Shown: positions 1 through 9,205 of the stretch, piece by piece
Position numbering within the stretch: the first letter of the stretch is position 1
Layout: each line of letters opens with the position of its first letter
Assembly (NCBI GenBank): GCA_036149055.1
Contig: JAYZQJ010000033.1
Span: forward strand, 32,001 to 96,000
Length of the DNA stretch: 64,000 nucleotides
Direction of reading: 5' to 3'
DNA from: Myxococcota bacterium
GTDB taxonomy: Bacteria; Myxococcota_A; Polyangia; Polyangiales; Sandaracinaceae
Notes under the pieces: generated by a model
What the model was told of the DNA's origin: nothing
Databases searched by the model: none
Seen by the model: only the letters and a program-made list of their open reading frames with translations
Translations under genes and position numbers: made by a program

Positions 1-2
1 GC

Positions 3-770
3 CGCGCGGACAACCTCGGCGACTGCTCCGAGTGGGACCGGATCGGCAGCATCCAGCTCTGCGTCGCGAGCGACTGCGCCGAGCGCGACGAGATCGCGCG
101 GTGGATCACGCCCTACGCCCGCAACGGCCGCCGCCGCTGGATCCTCGACGTCACCCCCTTCCTCGGCCTGGTCCAGGACGGCGGCGAGCGCACGATCCGC
201 GTCGCCATGGGCCCGCCCTGGGAGGAGCCGACCGTGCGCGACGTGAACGTGCGCCTCCGCCTCGCCACCCGCGGCGCCGACGACCGCCCCTTCGCCGTCC
301 AGCGCGCCTTCCGGGGCGGCGCCTGGAACGCCGACTACAACACCCGCGAGCCGGTCACCTTCACCCCGCCGGCGGGCGCGACCCGGGTCGAGCTGGTCAG
401 CATCATCAGCGGCCACGGCCAGGGCGGCGGCACCAACTGCGCCGAGTGGTGCGACCACGTGCACGACTTCGCGCTGAACGGCGGCGCGCCCCACACCGTC
501 AGCTTCCCGGGCGAGGCGGGCACCCGCGACGGCTGCGCCGACCGCACCGGGGAGGGCGTCGTCCCGGCCCAGGGCGGCAACTGGGCGCCGCTCCGCGCCG
601 GCTGGTGCCCGGGCCTCCCGGTGCCCACCCGCCGCATGGACCTCACGAGCGAGCTCGACCTCGGCGCCGAGAGCAGCCTGACCTACACGAGCAGCTACCG
701 CGGGGGCGAGCCGCCGGGGGGCGAGAACGTGATGGTGGATCTCAGCAGCTACCTCGTCTTCTACCGCTGA
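3..770 (+). CDS. Peptide-N-glycosidase F-related protein, 5' end outside window
   Basis: Frame is open from the window start (RADNLGDCSEWDRIG...EIARWITPY...WILDVTPF). C-terminal SGHG...NCAEWC...GNWAPLRAGWCPG matches PNGase F family motifs. Confidence 0.8.
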   Translation, partial: RADNLGDCSEWDRIGSIQLCVASDCAERDEIARWITPYARNGRRRWILDVTPFLGLVQDGGERTIRVAMGPPWEEPTVRDVNVRLRLATRGADDRPFAVQRAFRGGAWNADYNTREPVTFTPPAGATRVELVSIISGHGQGGGTNCAEWCDHVHDFALNGGAPHTVSFPGEAGTRDGCADRTGEGVVPAQGGNWAPLRAGWCPGLPVPTRRMDLTSELDLGAESSLTYTSSYRGGEPPGGENVMVDLSSYLVFYR

Positions 771-824
771 AGCGCCCGAAATCGTTGAAGACGAGACGAC
801 TTCGCGATTCCGTCGCGTTTTCTT

Positions 825-853
825 TTGACACCCCCAAATCGCTGCGCTACATC
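825..853 (+). promoter_or_regulatory. Probable sigma70 promoter of tRNA-Asp
   Basis: Perfect TTGACA at 825-830, 17 bp spacer, imperfect -10 TACATC at 848-853, about 40 bp upstream of the tRNA. Confidence 0.5.
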
Positions 854-895
854 ACCGGTCCCTCGGCGCTGAGGCGCCACGGGAACTGAAAATCT

Positions 896-1013
<118 letters not shown>

Positions 1014-1089
1014 CCCTGAACGTCGCCAAGGAGCAGCTCATCGCGGGGCGATCGGGGGCTCTGGTACGCTACGACGCGGCGGCGCGTGC

Positions 1090-2295
1090 ATGCGGGAGCG
1101 ATTCGCACACCTCGAGGGGCGCTACTGGGTCGCCGCGCCGAGCACGGAGGCCGAGCGGGGCCGGTTGGCGGAGATGATTGGCCACCCGATCCCGGACGCG
1201 ATCTGGGAGGTAGTCCGGGGCCTGGGCGGGATGGAGCTCCGGAGCTGCTTCGTCGAGATCGAGGGTGCCTACCGGGACCGAGACGAAGCCCGCCGACTCG
1301 ATCTGGGTCGCTTCTACGTCGCATCGACGATCCTCGATCTGCTCCACCGCGCTCCGAAGGACGTGGACCCTGCGTACCACCCCTTGCCGCACGGGTTGCC
1401 GTACGGCGAGGCGGGAGGGAGCCAGCTCTGGACGCCGCTCGGCGGTCCCCTGGAGGGGGCCGTGCTCTACCACTCGGCGCGCACGGGACCCGACTCTGTC
1501 GGCTACGTGCTCGGGCCCGAGTCGGCCCGTCGCGTCGGCGAGGCGGTCCGCGCCTACGGGCCCGAGTGGCGGTACGTGTGGCCGATCGCTCGGTCCATCG
1601 ACGAGCTCATCGAGCGGATCCGGTTCCGGCCCACACCGCGCTTCGAGAGCGCGCGCGTCCGCGAGATCGCGCGAGCCGTGATGAAGGGGGCCGAGTGCAC
1701 GATGACCGAGGTCGCGGGGCGGTCGGCCGCGCGGCTCACGGTCTCGTTCGCCGCCAGCACCGGTCGGCAGATCAGCGTGCTCGACGACGACGAGGCCGCC
1801 CGCCTCGAGGCCTTCCTCGCGTGGCACCGCGACTACGCCGAGGACGACGGGGCCGAGCTTCCGAGCTTCGTCGGGCCGCGCGGCATCGAGGAGCGGTACA
1901 TCGGGCGTCCTCCAGCGACCCGTGAGATCCTGGACGCGGTGAGCGACGCGCTGGCGGGGGAGCCGATCGCGCGGCTCGAGGCGCGGCTGCAGGCGGAGGC
2001 GCAGGCGGCGGTGATCTGGCTCATCCACCTCGACGGAGCCGCGCGGCGCGTCGGGCGCGTGGTCCTCTTCGAGGGCGCGCGAGCGAGGTTTCGGGGGCGT
2101 CCCCTCGAGGACGACGTCGAGGGCGATGAAGGGCGGGCTGAGCGTCTCCACGACGCACCGGCCGCCTTCGCCGACCTGATGATGAGCGGCACCGTCGCGC
2201 AGGCGGTCCGGAGCGCGTCGGAGCGCGAGCGCGCGTTCCGCTGCGTGGTGGTCGGCGACGACGGCACCGAGGTCGTGCTGCCGCCGCCGCGCTGA
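1090..2295 (+). CDS. SMI1/KNR4 (SUKH)-like domain protein with an uncharacterised C-terminal domain
   Basis: N-terminal PSTEAERGRLAEMIGHPIPDAIWEVVRGLGG...LPYGEAGG...GAVLY...IARSIDELIERI follows the SUKH pattern. Confidence 0.6.
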   Translation: MRERFAHLEGRYWVAAPSTEAERGRLAEMIGHPIPDAIWEVVRGLGGMELRSCFVEIEGAYRDRDEARRLDLGRFYVASTILDLLHRAPKDVDPAYHPLPHGLPYGEAGGSQLWTPLGGPLEGAVLYHSARTGPDSVGYVLGPESARRVGEAVRAYGPEWRYVWPIARSIDELIERIRFRPTPRFESARVREIARAVMKGAECTMTEVAGRSAARLTVSFAASTGRQISVLDDDEAARLEAFLAWHRDYAEDDGAELPSFVGPRGIEERYIGRPPATREILDAVSDALAGEPIARLEARLQAEAQAAVIWLIHLDGAARRVGRVVLFEGARARFRGRPLEDDVEGDEGRAERLHDAPAAFADLMMSGTVAQAVRSASERERAFRCVVVGDDGTEVVLPPPR

Positions 2296-2346
2296 GCTTC
2301 CCCGCGCGGAGCATCCCTTCGCCGGCGTCGTGTAGGCTCGCACACC

Positions 2347-3045
2347 GTGAGCCTCACGGACGACATCGCAGACCTCGAAGAGCGGGCCGCCAACGACCTG
2401 GGGCTCGACCCGGCGGCCTTCGTGCGTAGCGAGCTCCGCGAGAAGGACGAGGTCGTCGCGGTCGGGACCGCGTTCGACGCCGGCCTGCAGGAGGTCCTGT
2501 CCCTCGCGGGGGAGGGTGGGGATCATGGTTTCTACGCGAGCGTGTGCGCGTGCTGCTTCGGCGCGTCCGGCTCGACGACGGTCGAGGTCGACCCGGCTTC
2601 GCTCCATCCGGGGACCGCGCCCATCGCGGCGAAGATGCTCGCCCGCGCGCTGGACCTCGGTGGCCCGACCGACGGTGTGCTCGTCCCGGAGTGGGCCGAC
2701 CTCATCGGCGGGCGCGAGGACTTCGCGCATCTCGGGCAGCTGCGCGCGCACTGGACGGTCGACGCCACCCGGAGCCGCTTCGCTGGCGCGTGGCTCGCTC
2801 CCTTGCCGGGCGGACGAGACGCGCCTCGGGTCGCGCGCGCCTTCTACGAGACCCGGCTCCGGCGGTCCGCCGCTCGCTACCAGCGCCTGATCGCGATGCA
2901 GGTTCCGGCGGTGCTCATGGAGAACGAGCTCCGGATCCTGCGAGGCAATGTCGAGCAGCTGCGAGCGCGCGGGTACCTGGACGCGGTGGTCCAGAGCCTG
3001 CCGGAAGAGCTGCTCGCGACCGTGCGCGAGCACGCTGCGGTCTAG
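2347..3045 (+). CDS. Hypothetical protein
   Basis: 232-aa ORF with GC3-biased codons and protein-like composition. TAGGCT lies 8 nt before the GTG. Confidence 0.7.
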   Translation: MSLTDDIADLEERAANDLGLDPAAFVRSELREKDEVVAVGTAFDAGLQEVLSLAGEGGDHGFYASVCACCFGASGSTTVEVDPASLHPGTAPIAAKMLARALDLGGPTDGVLVPEWADLIGGREDFAHLGQLRAHWTVDATRSRFAGAWLAPLPGGRDAPRVARAFYETRLRRSAARYQRLIAMQVPAVLMENELRILRGNVEQLRARGYLDAVVQSLPEELLATVREHAAV

Positions 3046-3131
3046 GAGCGACAGCACCATCGTCAGAGGCGACGCCGCGCGCGGGGGCGATGGCGGACGC
3101 CGGACGCTCTCGCCGACGAAGCTCGGCCCGG

Positions 3132-3836
3132 CTACCGCCCGGGCGGGGGCGGAGGAACCGGGATCGGAATCTGGGCCGTCGGCATCTTCACCTCGAACCC
3201 CCAGATCACCAGCGCCGTCGACCGGCTCGGCACGACGGTCATCCCGACGGCCACGCGCCCGAGGCCCTGCAAGTCGTCCTCGACGGAGACCACCGGCTCC
3301 CCGTCGACGTGGACCCGGAGCCGTTGTCCGATCATCGAGACGCGCAGGACGGTCGGACGCATGCGCGAGCGAGCCCCGAACGTCTCGAGACGCTTGCGGG
3401 CCAACCAGCTCAGCTCGGCCCCGCTCGCCGAGGGCATTGCCTTCTCGACCGCGATGCCGCCAGCGTCCATCAAACGGACGCCGATCCGGCCGGCCGTCGA
3501 CTGGCGCACGTTGACCACCAGCTCGGCTCCAGGGAGCAGGGTGGCGTGGACTTCGGCGTGGAAGTCGATCAGGGGGACCCGCGCCGCGAGCGCGACGCTC
3601 GCCGAGGGGCCCTGGCCGAGCACCGACTGCGCGTGCACGCATCCGAAGGTGTCGGTCGCGCGGAGCTCCTCGACGTGGAGCGCCGCCTTGGAGACGAGGT
3701 CGAGCCCGACGTGCTCGCGGGCCGCGAAGTCGAGCCACGCCACACGGCTCATGCCGTGCCGCGGGGGCCGCGCCGCGCCGCACGCGTGGCACACCACGTC
3801 GTCGTCGAGCGGGCTGCCGCACTCTCCGCACGTCAT
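3132..3836 (-). CDS. Hypothetical protein with N-terminal zinc ribbon and a beta-rich domain
   Basis: Start placed at MTCGECGSPLDDDVVCHACG (two CxxC motifs). The remainder is beta-strand-like (LRVHVDGEPVVSV). Confidence 0.65.
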   Translation of the reverse strand: MTCGECGSPLDDDVVCHACGAARPPRHGMSRVAWLDFAAREHVGLDLVSKAALHVEELRATDTFGCVHAQSVLGQGPSASVALAARVPLIDFHAEVHATLLPGAELVVNVRQSTAGRIGVRLMDAGGIAVEKAMPSASGAELSWLARKRLETFGARSRMRPTVLRVSMIGQRLRVHVDGEPVVSVEDDLQGLGRVAVGMTVVPSRSTALVIWGFEVKMPTAQIPIPVPPPPPGR

Positions 3837-3882
3837 GACGCGTTCTACCACTCCGCGGATCTCGCCGGATAGGGTATGCGCC

Positions 3883-4974
3883 ATGCCCACGCTGCAGCCC
3901 GGCGACGGTCCGGTTCGCTTCGACAAAGACGACCCCTTCGCGCTCGCGCTCGCCGAGAACGGCTACCGACCCACCGACTGGTGCGCGCTCTTCGCGGGGC
4001 GGGGGCCTTGGCTGCGTCGGGGCGACGTCGATGACGCGCCGGCCGTCGTCCCGGCGGCGCGGGTCGAGCACGTCGGCGCGCTGTCGGTCACCGACGGCTC
4101 CCTGTCTGCGCTCGACCCGTTCCTGCCCCCGAGCCTTCGCTCGGTCGGCACTCTCGCCCACGCCCTCTCGAACGGCGAGCACCCGGTGTTCGCGGCGCGC
4201 GGGGAGCGAGGCGAGCTCTATGCGATCTGGGTGGACCTGACCGGGGCCGCCGGGGTCCGACGCTGGATCCCCGCACACCTCGACGGCGCGGAGCTGCCGC
4301 CGCCGGGCGCCCACACCGCCCTTCCGGGGCGGCACGCCACGCTGCTCACGTCGTCACCGTCGCGCGAGTGGGCCCCGAAGGGGATGCAGGACGCGTTGAA
4401 CGATGCGGGGTTGTACGCGAAGGACGGAGTGGTCGTGGTGAAGACGCCGGCCGGCCCGCCGCACGCCGCCGTCGGCTTCGACGCGGCGGACGCGCCCGCC
4501 GCGCTCGTCGTGGACGTCCACCGTCTCCGAACGCCGCGGCAGGAAGTGGACGACATCGACCTGGGTGAGACGCCCAGCCTCTTTCTGCGCGAGCACGGCT
4601 TCCTCTCGCTGGACACGATGGTGAGCGTGAGCGTGCCCGACCCCCGGACCTCCGCGCTGGACGCCGTGGTGGCCATCGACTCGGGCTCCGAGATTCCCCC
4701 GCGCCGCAGCGACTGGACCGTCGGGGCGGGCGGAGCCCGCAACCTCCAGCTCGTCTTCGACCCGCATCGCGGAGCCGCCCCCCGTCGCTTCCGCGTGCGT
4801 TGGCGGGCTCCGAGCCACCCCCCGGTCCTGCTCGACGAGGCCCACGTGCGCCGCGCGCTCGTCGACCTCGGCGTGATGCCGTTCATCGCGGAGCACGAGG
4901 CGCGCGCCCTCGTCGCCGACGCGGCGGCCCCCGGGTGGGAGCCCTCACCGCTCGTGGCCGAGCTGCTCCTCTAG
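3883..4974 (+). CDS. DUF4241-like (immunity-associated) protein
   Basis: LSVTDGSLSALDPF, NGEHPVFAARGERGELYAIWVDL and AVGFDAADAPAALVVD resemble DUF4241. TAGGGT lies 7 nt before ATG 3883. Confidence 0.5.
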   Translation: MPTLQPGDGPVRFDKDDPFALALAENGYRPTDWCALFAGRGPWLRRGDVDDAPAVVPAARVEHVGALSVTDGSLSALDPFLPPSLRSVGTLAHALSNGEHPVFAARGERGELYAIWVDLTGAAGVRRWIPAHLDGAELPPPGAHTALPGRHATLLTSSPSREWAPKGMQDALNDAGLYAKDGVVVVKTPAGPPHAAVGFDAADAPAALVVDVHRLRTPRQEVDDIDLGETPSLFLREHGFLSLDTMVSVSVPDPRTSALDAVVAIDSGSEIPPRRSDWTVGAGGARNLQLVFDPHRGAAPRRFRVRWRAPSHPPVLLDEAHVRRALVDLGVMPFIAEHEARALVADAAAPGWEPSPLVAELLL

Positions 4975-5139
4975 CAATGTTCGGCAAAGACGGTGGCGTT
5001 GGCCGAGGGGAGCGCCCCAAGTGCGCCCGCAGCGCTGCAAGGTCGCGTGTTACGGCGACACTGCGTCGTCGTAGCGAACGGCGGGCGCAGGCGCAGGTCC
5101 AGGTGGACGGAACCATGTTCGCCTCACTGCGCCTCGCGC

Positions 5140-5497
5140 TCGACGCTGCGGACGAGGTGCTCGAGGAGAAGCTCCACGTGGTCAAGGAGCACCAGCGCCG
5201 TCGCGTGGTTCGCCGCACCACGTGTCGCTGCCGCGACTGCGGAGGCCGCACGACGCCGCGGTCGCTGCCCTCCCGATCGACAACTCCCCCACCGAGCGCG
5301 AGCTCCAGAACGTCGCCAAGCTCCGCCTCAACATGCTCTTCGCCGGCAGCACCGAGGGGGCCCATCGCGCCTGCGTGCTCCGCGGCATCGTCGCCACCTG
5401 CCGCGCGATCGGCGTACCCGCTCAGGCCTACCTCGCGTGGGTCTACGACCGGCTCGGCACCCACCGCGACGTCTTCGCCCTGCCGCTCGAAGACATG
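5140..5497 (+). pseudogene. IS66-family transposase (TnpC) remnant with internal deletion
   Basis: A zinc-finger piece (EEKLHVVKEH...TCRCRDCG) is joined out of frame near 5270 to the C-terminal piece LPIDNSPTERELQNVAKLRLNMLFAGSTEGA...IVATCRAIGVPAQAYL. Confidence 0.8.
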
Positions 5498-5609
5498 CGC
5501 CTGCGCCCTTCAATGAGGCGACCTTCAGCTGAGCGCGAGCTCCGCGTCGACGGCGTCCCTCGCGGTCGCGCGCTCTGCATCCGCCTTCGCTGAACGGTCA
5601 CGATGTGAC

Positions 5610-5690
5610 GCGACGAAGGCGTAGGTGACGTCCTTCACCAACGCGCTCGCGGAGGAGCTACACGAGATGGACGAGACGGTCACCGCGCTC
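5610..5690 (+). pseudogene. Short-chain dehydrogenase/reductase fragment
   Basis: ATKA*VTSFTNALAEELHEMDETVTAL matches the SDR segment (Y)xATKAYVxSFTxALAEEL...VTVTAL, with an in-frame TAG at 5622. Confidence 0.55.
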
Positions 5691-5771
5691 GGTCGTCGGC
5701 TCGAGCGGCTCCGCTCTCGAGGGGGGCGGGCTCCCGGTCGCGGCGACCGGGAGCCTGTCCGTCTTCGAGCG

Positions 5772-7631
5772 TCAGGGGCCCGTCCAGCCCCCGATGAAGC
5801 GGTGGCCCGCGGCGTCGAAGTTGGGCGGCGGGCTGGCGCTCGTCGCGATGATCAGATCGTCGACGAAGCAGTGGTTGGCCGGCGGCGACTCGTTGTTCCA
5901 GTAGGTGAAGAGGTAGAGCGCGTCGATGTCGCCGCCGCTGTCGGGGATCGTGGGCACGTCGGCACGGTCGAAGATGAGCTCACCGTCACGCCAGATCCGC
6001 ATGCGACCGCCGCCGCCCCGGCTCGCCGGCACGTCGTCGATGGAGAGGTACATCTCGTAGCGCTCCCAGCGCCCGCGCGGGATGGGGGCGCCGTCGTACA
6101 CCTCCCAGACGTGGTGGCCTTCCTTGATGGTGCGGAGGACGCTCGAGGAGGAGTCCGCCTGGTCGATGTAGAGGTCGTTGTAGCCACCGTTGCCCCCGCT
6201 GGAGGTGCGCGAGTGCAGGCGAATGAACTTCATCCACGGCGACGCCGAGAACTGGAAGCTGCTCGGCCAGTACACGTCGAACCGCACCCAGACTTCCTCG
6301 CCCGCGCGGAGCCTCGGACGGATGGGGACGATGCCCCCCCAGCGGCCGAATCCCCCGTTGTCGCCCGGCTCGATGGCCATGCGGGCGCTCTGGAGCCCGC
6401 GCGCGGCGCGCTCCCGGCTGGCGGTGGTGCGCCCGGCCGAGCCGAAGGGCGAGCCGCCGTTCAGCGAGGCTCCTGCCGAATACGACTCGAAGCCGTCCGC
6501 GAAGTACGGCTCGAAGGAGCCGCCGCCGCCCGGGACGCCGCCGCCGCCCGGGGCGCCGCTGGCGTCCGTGCTGAACCACTGCTCGTTGGAGACGCCGGAA
6601 CGGCCGATCCGGTTGCGAGCCCGCACGCGGAGGCCGTATCGGGTGTCGGGGTCGAGCCCGGTGAGCGTCCAGGTCGTGAGGTTCGCGGCGGGAGCGGCGA
6701 GCTCGACCCAGCTCGTGCTCGGCGAGTCCCATCGCTCGATGACGAAGTCCTCCTCGTTCGAGCTGTTGTCCGTCCAGGTGGCGATCGCCTCGGTCGCCGT
6801 CACGCCGCTGATCCGGAAGGCGCCGGGCACGCCGTCGGGAGCGGTGGTGGGCACGGTCACGGGCGCCGCCTCGGTGCGGAACCACACCTCGTTGCTCGGC
6901 GTGGTCAGCCCCAGCGAGTTCCGGGCGCGGACGCGGATGCCGTAGCGGGTGTCGGGATCGAGTCCGCTCAGCGTCCAAGACGTGCTGTTCGCGCCGGGGG
7001 CCGCGATCTCGACCCAGCTCGTGCTGGGCGTGTCCCATCGCTCGATCGTGAAGTCGGTCTCGTTGGAGCTGTTGTCGGTCCACTGCGCGCGGGCGCCCGT
7101 GTCGGTCACCGCGTCGACCGCGAGGCCGCTCGGATCGCCGTCGGGCGGCGTCGGGCTCGAGGGCACGCCGATCGTGAGATCGCCGCACGCCCACTCGCGG
7201 GTCCCGCCCGCGTTCCAGTTCGTCCAGACGTAGTAGTCGCCGTCGGCCAGGTCGATGCGGTGCTCGTCGATGCCACCCCCGGACACGGCGATCTCGCCGT
7301 CGGGCGGCGCCATGAAGCAGGCCGTGCCGGTCGAGCTCGCGCGCATCGAGCCCGTGATCACGGTCTCGTAGAGGGTCGGGGTCCCCCGCCATGGGTAGCC
7401 GTAGGTGAAGTCGACATCGGGAGGCAGCCCGGTCAGGCAGACCTCCAGCCGGTCCTCCGGATAGATCGGCGAGGTGGTGACGCTCCGGCTGACCGTCACC
7501 GCGACGCTCCCATGGGGGCTCGCGCACTCCGCCCCGATCCGCGCCGTGAGCTCGGCGGCCGCGGGGTCGCCCACTTGCTCCGAGCACCCGACGGCGAGCG
7601 CCAGGGTGAGAATTCCGAGTCGAGTTCGCAT
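5772..7631 (-). CDS. Lipoprotein with two FN3 domains and a C-terminal polysaccharide-lyase-like (beta-jelly-roll) domain
   Basis: Lipobox LAVGC and AAGGAGG RBS. Two WTDNSSNE...LDPDTRYGxRVRARN repeats. C-terminal domain contains FADGFE...VWVRFDVYWP...GRWERYEM...RIWRDG...FVDDLII. Confidence 0.75.
   Translation of the reverse strand: MRTRLGILTLALAVGCSEQVGDPAAAELTARIGAECASPHGSVAVTVSRSVTTSPIYPEDRLEVCLTGLPPDVDFTYGYPWRGTPTLYETVITGSMRASSTGTACFMAPPDGEIAVSGGGIDEHRIDLADGDYYVWTNWNAGGTREWACGDLTIGVPSSPTPPDGDPSGLAVDAVTDTGARAQWTDNSSNETDFTIERWDTPSTSWVEIAAPGANSTSWTLSGLDPDTRYGIRVRARNSLGLTTPSNEVWFRTEAAPVTVPTTAPDGVPGAFRISGVTATEAIATWTDNSSNEEDFVIERWDSPSTSWVELAAPAANLTTWTLTGLDPDTRYGLRVRARNRIGRSGVSNEQWFSTDASGAPGGGGVPGGGGSFEPYFADGFESYSAGASLNGGSPFGSAGRTTASRERAARGLQSARMAIEPGDNGGFGRWGGIVPIRPRLRAGEEVWVRFDVYWPSSFQFSASPWMKFIRLHSRTSSGGNGGYNDLYIDQADSSSSVLRTIKEGHHVWEVYDGAPIPRGRWERYEMYLSIDDVPASRGGGGRMRIWRDGELIFDRADVPTIPDSGGDIDALYLFTYWNNESPPANHCFVDDLIIATSASPPPNFDAAGHRFIGGWTGP
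6612..7082 (-). repeat. Internal duplication of the FN3 core (6918-7082 and 6612-6776)
   Basis: Two 165-bp (55-aa) segments that are highly similar at DNA and protein level. Confidence 0.85.
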
Positions 7632-7720
7632 GAAGCCTCCTTCGCCTCGGTTCTAGCCGTGGAGCCGGTCGCAGCGTCCTGATGCCCGCTGAGACGCGCT
7701 TAGCCGGGCGGGCCGAGGGC

Positions 7721-7786
7721 GTTCGAGTCCCGTCCGTCCCGACCCGAAAGCCCTCTGCTCACGCAGAGGGCTTTCGCCTTTCCGTC
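7721..7786 (+). repeat. att-like direct repeat copy 2 (displaced tRNA-Asp 3' fragment plus terminator hairpin)
   Basis: GTTCGAGTCCCGTCCGTCCCGACCCGAAAGCCCTCTGCTCACGCAGAGGGCTTTCGCCTTTCCGTC, matching 949-1013. Confidence 0.92.
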
Positions 7787-7814
7787 TACCGCGCCGTCGA
7801 TCCAGCAGCGCCGC

Positions 7815-8630
7815 TCAGGCCAGAGGACCGCGAGGCGTCGCCAGCACGGCGGTGGCTCGCTCCGCCGTGCAGAGCGGTCGCAGAGCTGGGTCGATCAAGA
7901 GCGCGACGGGGGCGACCTGGGCATGGTCGACCGGATACCAGCGGGGGACCTGGGCCTCGAGGACCGACCACGCTCGCTCGGGGTCCTCCGCGGCGAGTCC
8001 ACGCGCCACCTTGACCGCGCATTCGAAGTCCATGGCCGCGGGATGCGAGAAGTACTGCTCGATCATGGCCGCGGGCACCGCGTAGCAGACCGCCAGCGAG
8101 AAGATGTGCCGGGCCATGCCCGCCGGGTCGTCGACGAGGTCGGGGCGCACGTCGGGCGCCTTGGCGACCGCCGCCTCGAAGGCCTCGGTGTCGGTGCTCC
8201 GGCTGGCCCGGCTCCAGCTCCAGGCGGGCCAGTCGACCAGCCCGCTTCCCTGGTCCCGGGCCAGCGCGCGCAGCGCGCGGAGCCACTTGGCATGTCGATC
8301 CACCAGGCGAGCAGCCCTTGCCCGCAGCGCGCGGCTCGCGGCCTCTTCGATCTCGTCCCACGGTCGACCTCTCTCGCCCGCGAGCGCGAGCAGCCTGACC
8401 ATGTCGTCGAAGACGTTGCCGGCGTACACGGCGCCAGGCTCGGCGGCCAGCCGAGCGGCGTGCTCGACGACCACGTCCCATTCGCCTCGAACGGCCGCGA
8501 GCTCTGCCAGGGAAGCGGAGGCCGAGACGCTCCCCGCCTCGGCGAGCTCCCTCAGCAGACCGAAGGCCTGGTCGGAGTCTCCCGCGAGAGCCAGCTCGCG
8601 CGCTCGCCTGAGTGCCTGTTTCGTCGTCAC
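7815..8630 (-). CDS. Hypothetical alpha-helical protein
   Basis: 271-aa ORF, GAGGGAG RBS upstream, typical codon bias. Confidence 0.7.
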   Translation of the reverse strand: MTTKQALRRARELALAGDSDQAFGLLRELAEAGSVSASASLAELAAVRGEWDVVVEHAARLAAEPGAVYAGNVFDDMVRLLALAGERGRPWDEIEEAASRALRARAARLVDRHAKWLRALRALARDQGSGLVDWPAWSWSRASRSTDTEAFEAAVAKAPDVRPDLVDDPAGMARHIFSLAVCYAVPAAMIEQYFSHPAAMDFECAVKVARGLAAEDPERAWSVLEAQVPRWYPVDHAQVAPVALLIDPALRPLCTAERATAVLATPRGPLA

Positions 8631-8674
8631 CGGTCGTCTTCGCTCCCTCGTGTGTCGTAGGCTAGATCGCGCCG

Positions 8675-9205
8675 ATGTCCTCGGTCTCGATCGCAGTAGC
8701 CGACCCGTGGACCGGGTCTTTCGACGAGCGCGAGCCCGTCAGGGCCGTGGGCGACGGCCACGTCCACGCGCGGCTGACCCTCCGGGTCGCCGGTCGACCC
8801 TTGCCGGGCCTGGGCTTCTTCGGCCCGGACGACGTGTGTCTGGACCACTGGCTCGCGGCGTTCTGCGAGCTTCGCGAGACGTTCGAGGGTCGAGCGTCCG
8901 CGGAGTGCGTCATCGACGACCACGAGCAGGGATCTAACAAGTACCGGTTCCGTCGCGAAGGCGCGCGCGTCTTCGTCTCCGTGATCCCATACGGGTCGTC
9001 GCAACCCGACCCTGGCTTCCACGACGTCGAGTGCCTGACTGCTGACCTGTTCACGGAGATCGACGCGGCCCTGGCTGCGATCGAGGCGCTGGCGATCCGG
9101 GAGGGGGGCGACGCCGGTGAGCACTGGTGGCGCGATCTCGCGATGGGCGCTCACCTCGATCGCGACCGTGTTCTCCAGGTGAGCTCGGCGGACGAAGAGG
9201 AATGA
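8675..9205 (+). CDS. Hypothetical protein (small, acidic)
   Basis: 176-aa ORF with protein-like composition, divergent from 7815-8630. Confidence 0.7.
   Translation: MSSVSIAVADPWTGSFDEREPVRAVGDGHVHARLTLRVAGRPLPGLGFFGPDDVCLDHWLAAFCELRETFEGRASAECVIDDHEQGSNKYRFRREGARVFVSVIPYGSSQPDPGFHDVECLTADLFTEIDAALAAIEALAIREGGDAGEHWWRDLAMGAHLDRDRVLQVSSADEEE

Noticed and set aside
1069..4335. 1088-aa minus-strand ORF, and similarly 13433-16339, 20966-25153 and 27675-31232
   Set aside because: Low-complexity translations overlapping better-supported genes.
7690..7745. Second tRNA gene
   Set aside because: Only the T-loop and 3' acceptor strand are present, with no D or anticodon arm. It is the att fragment.
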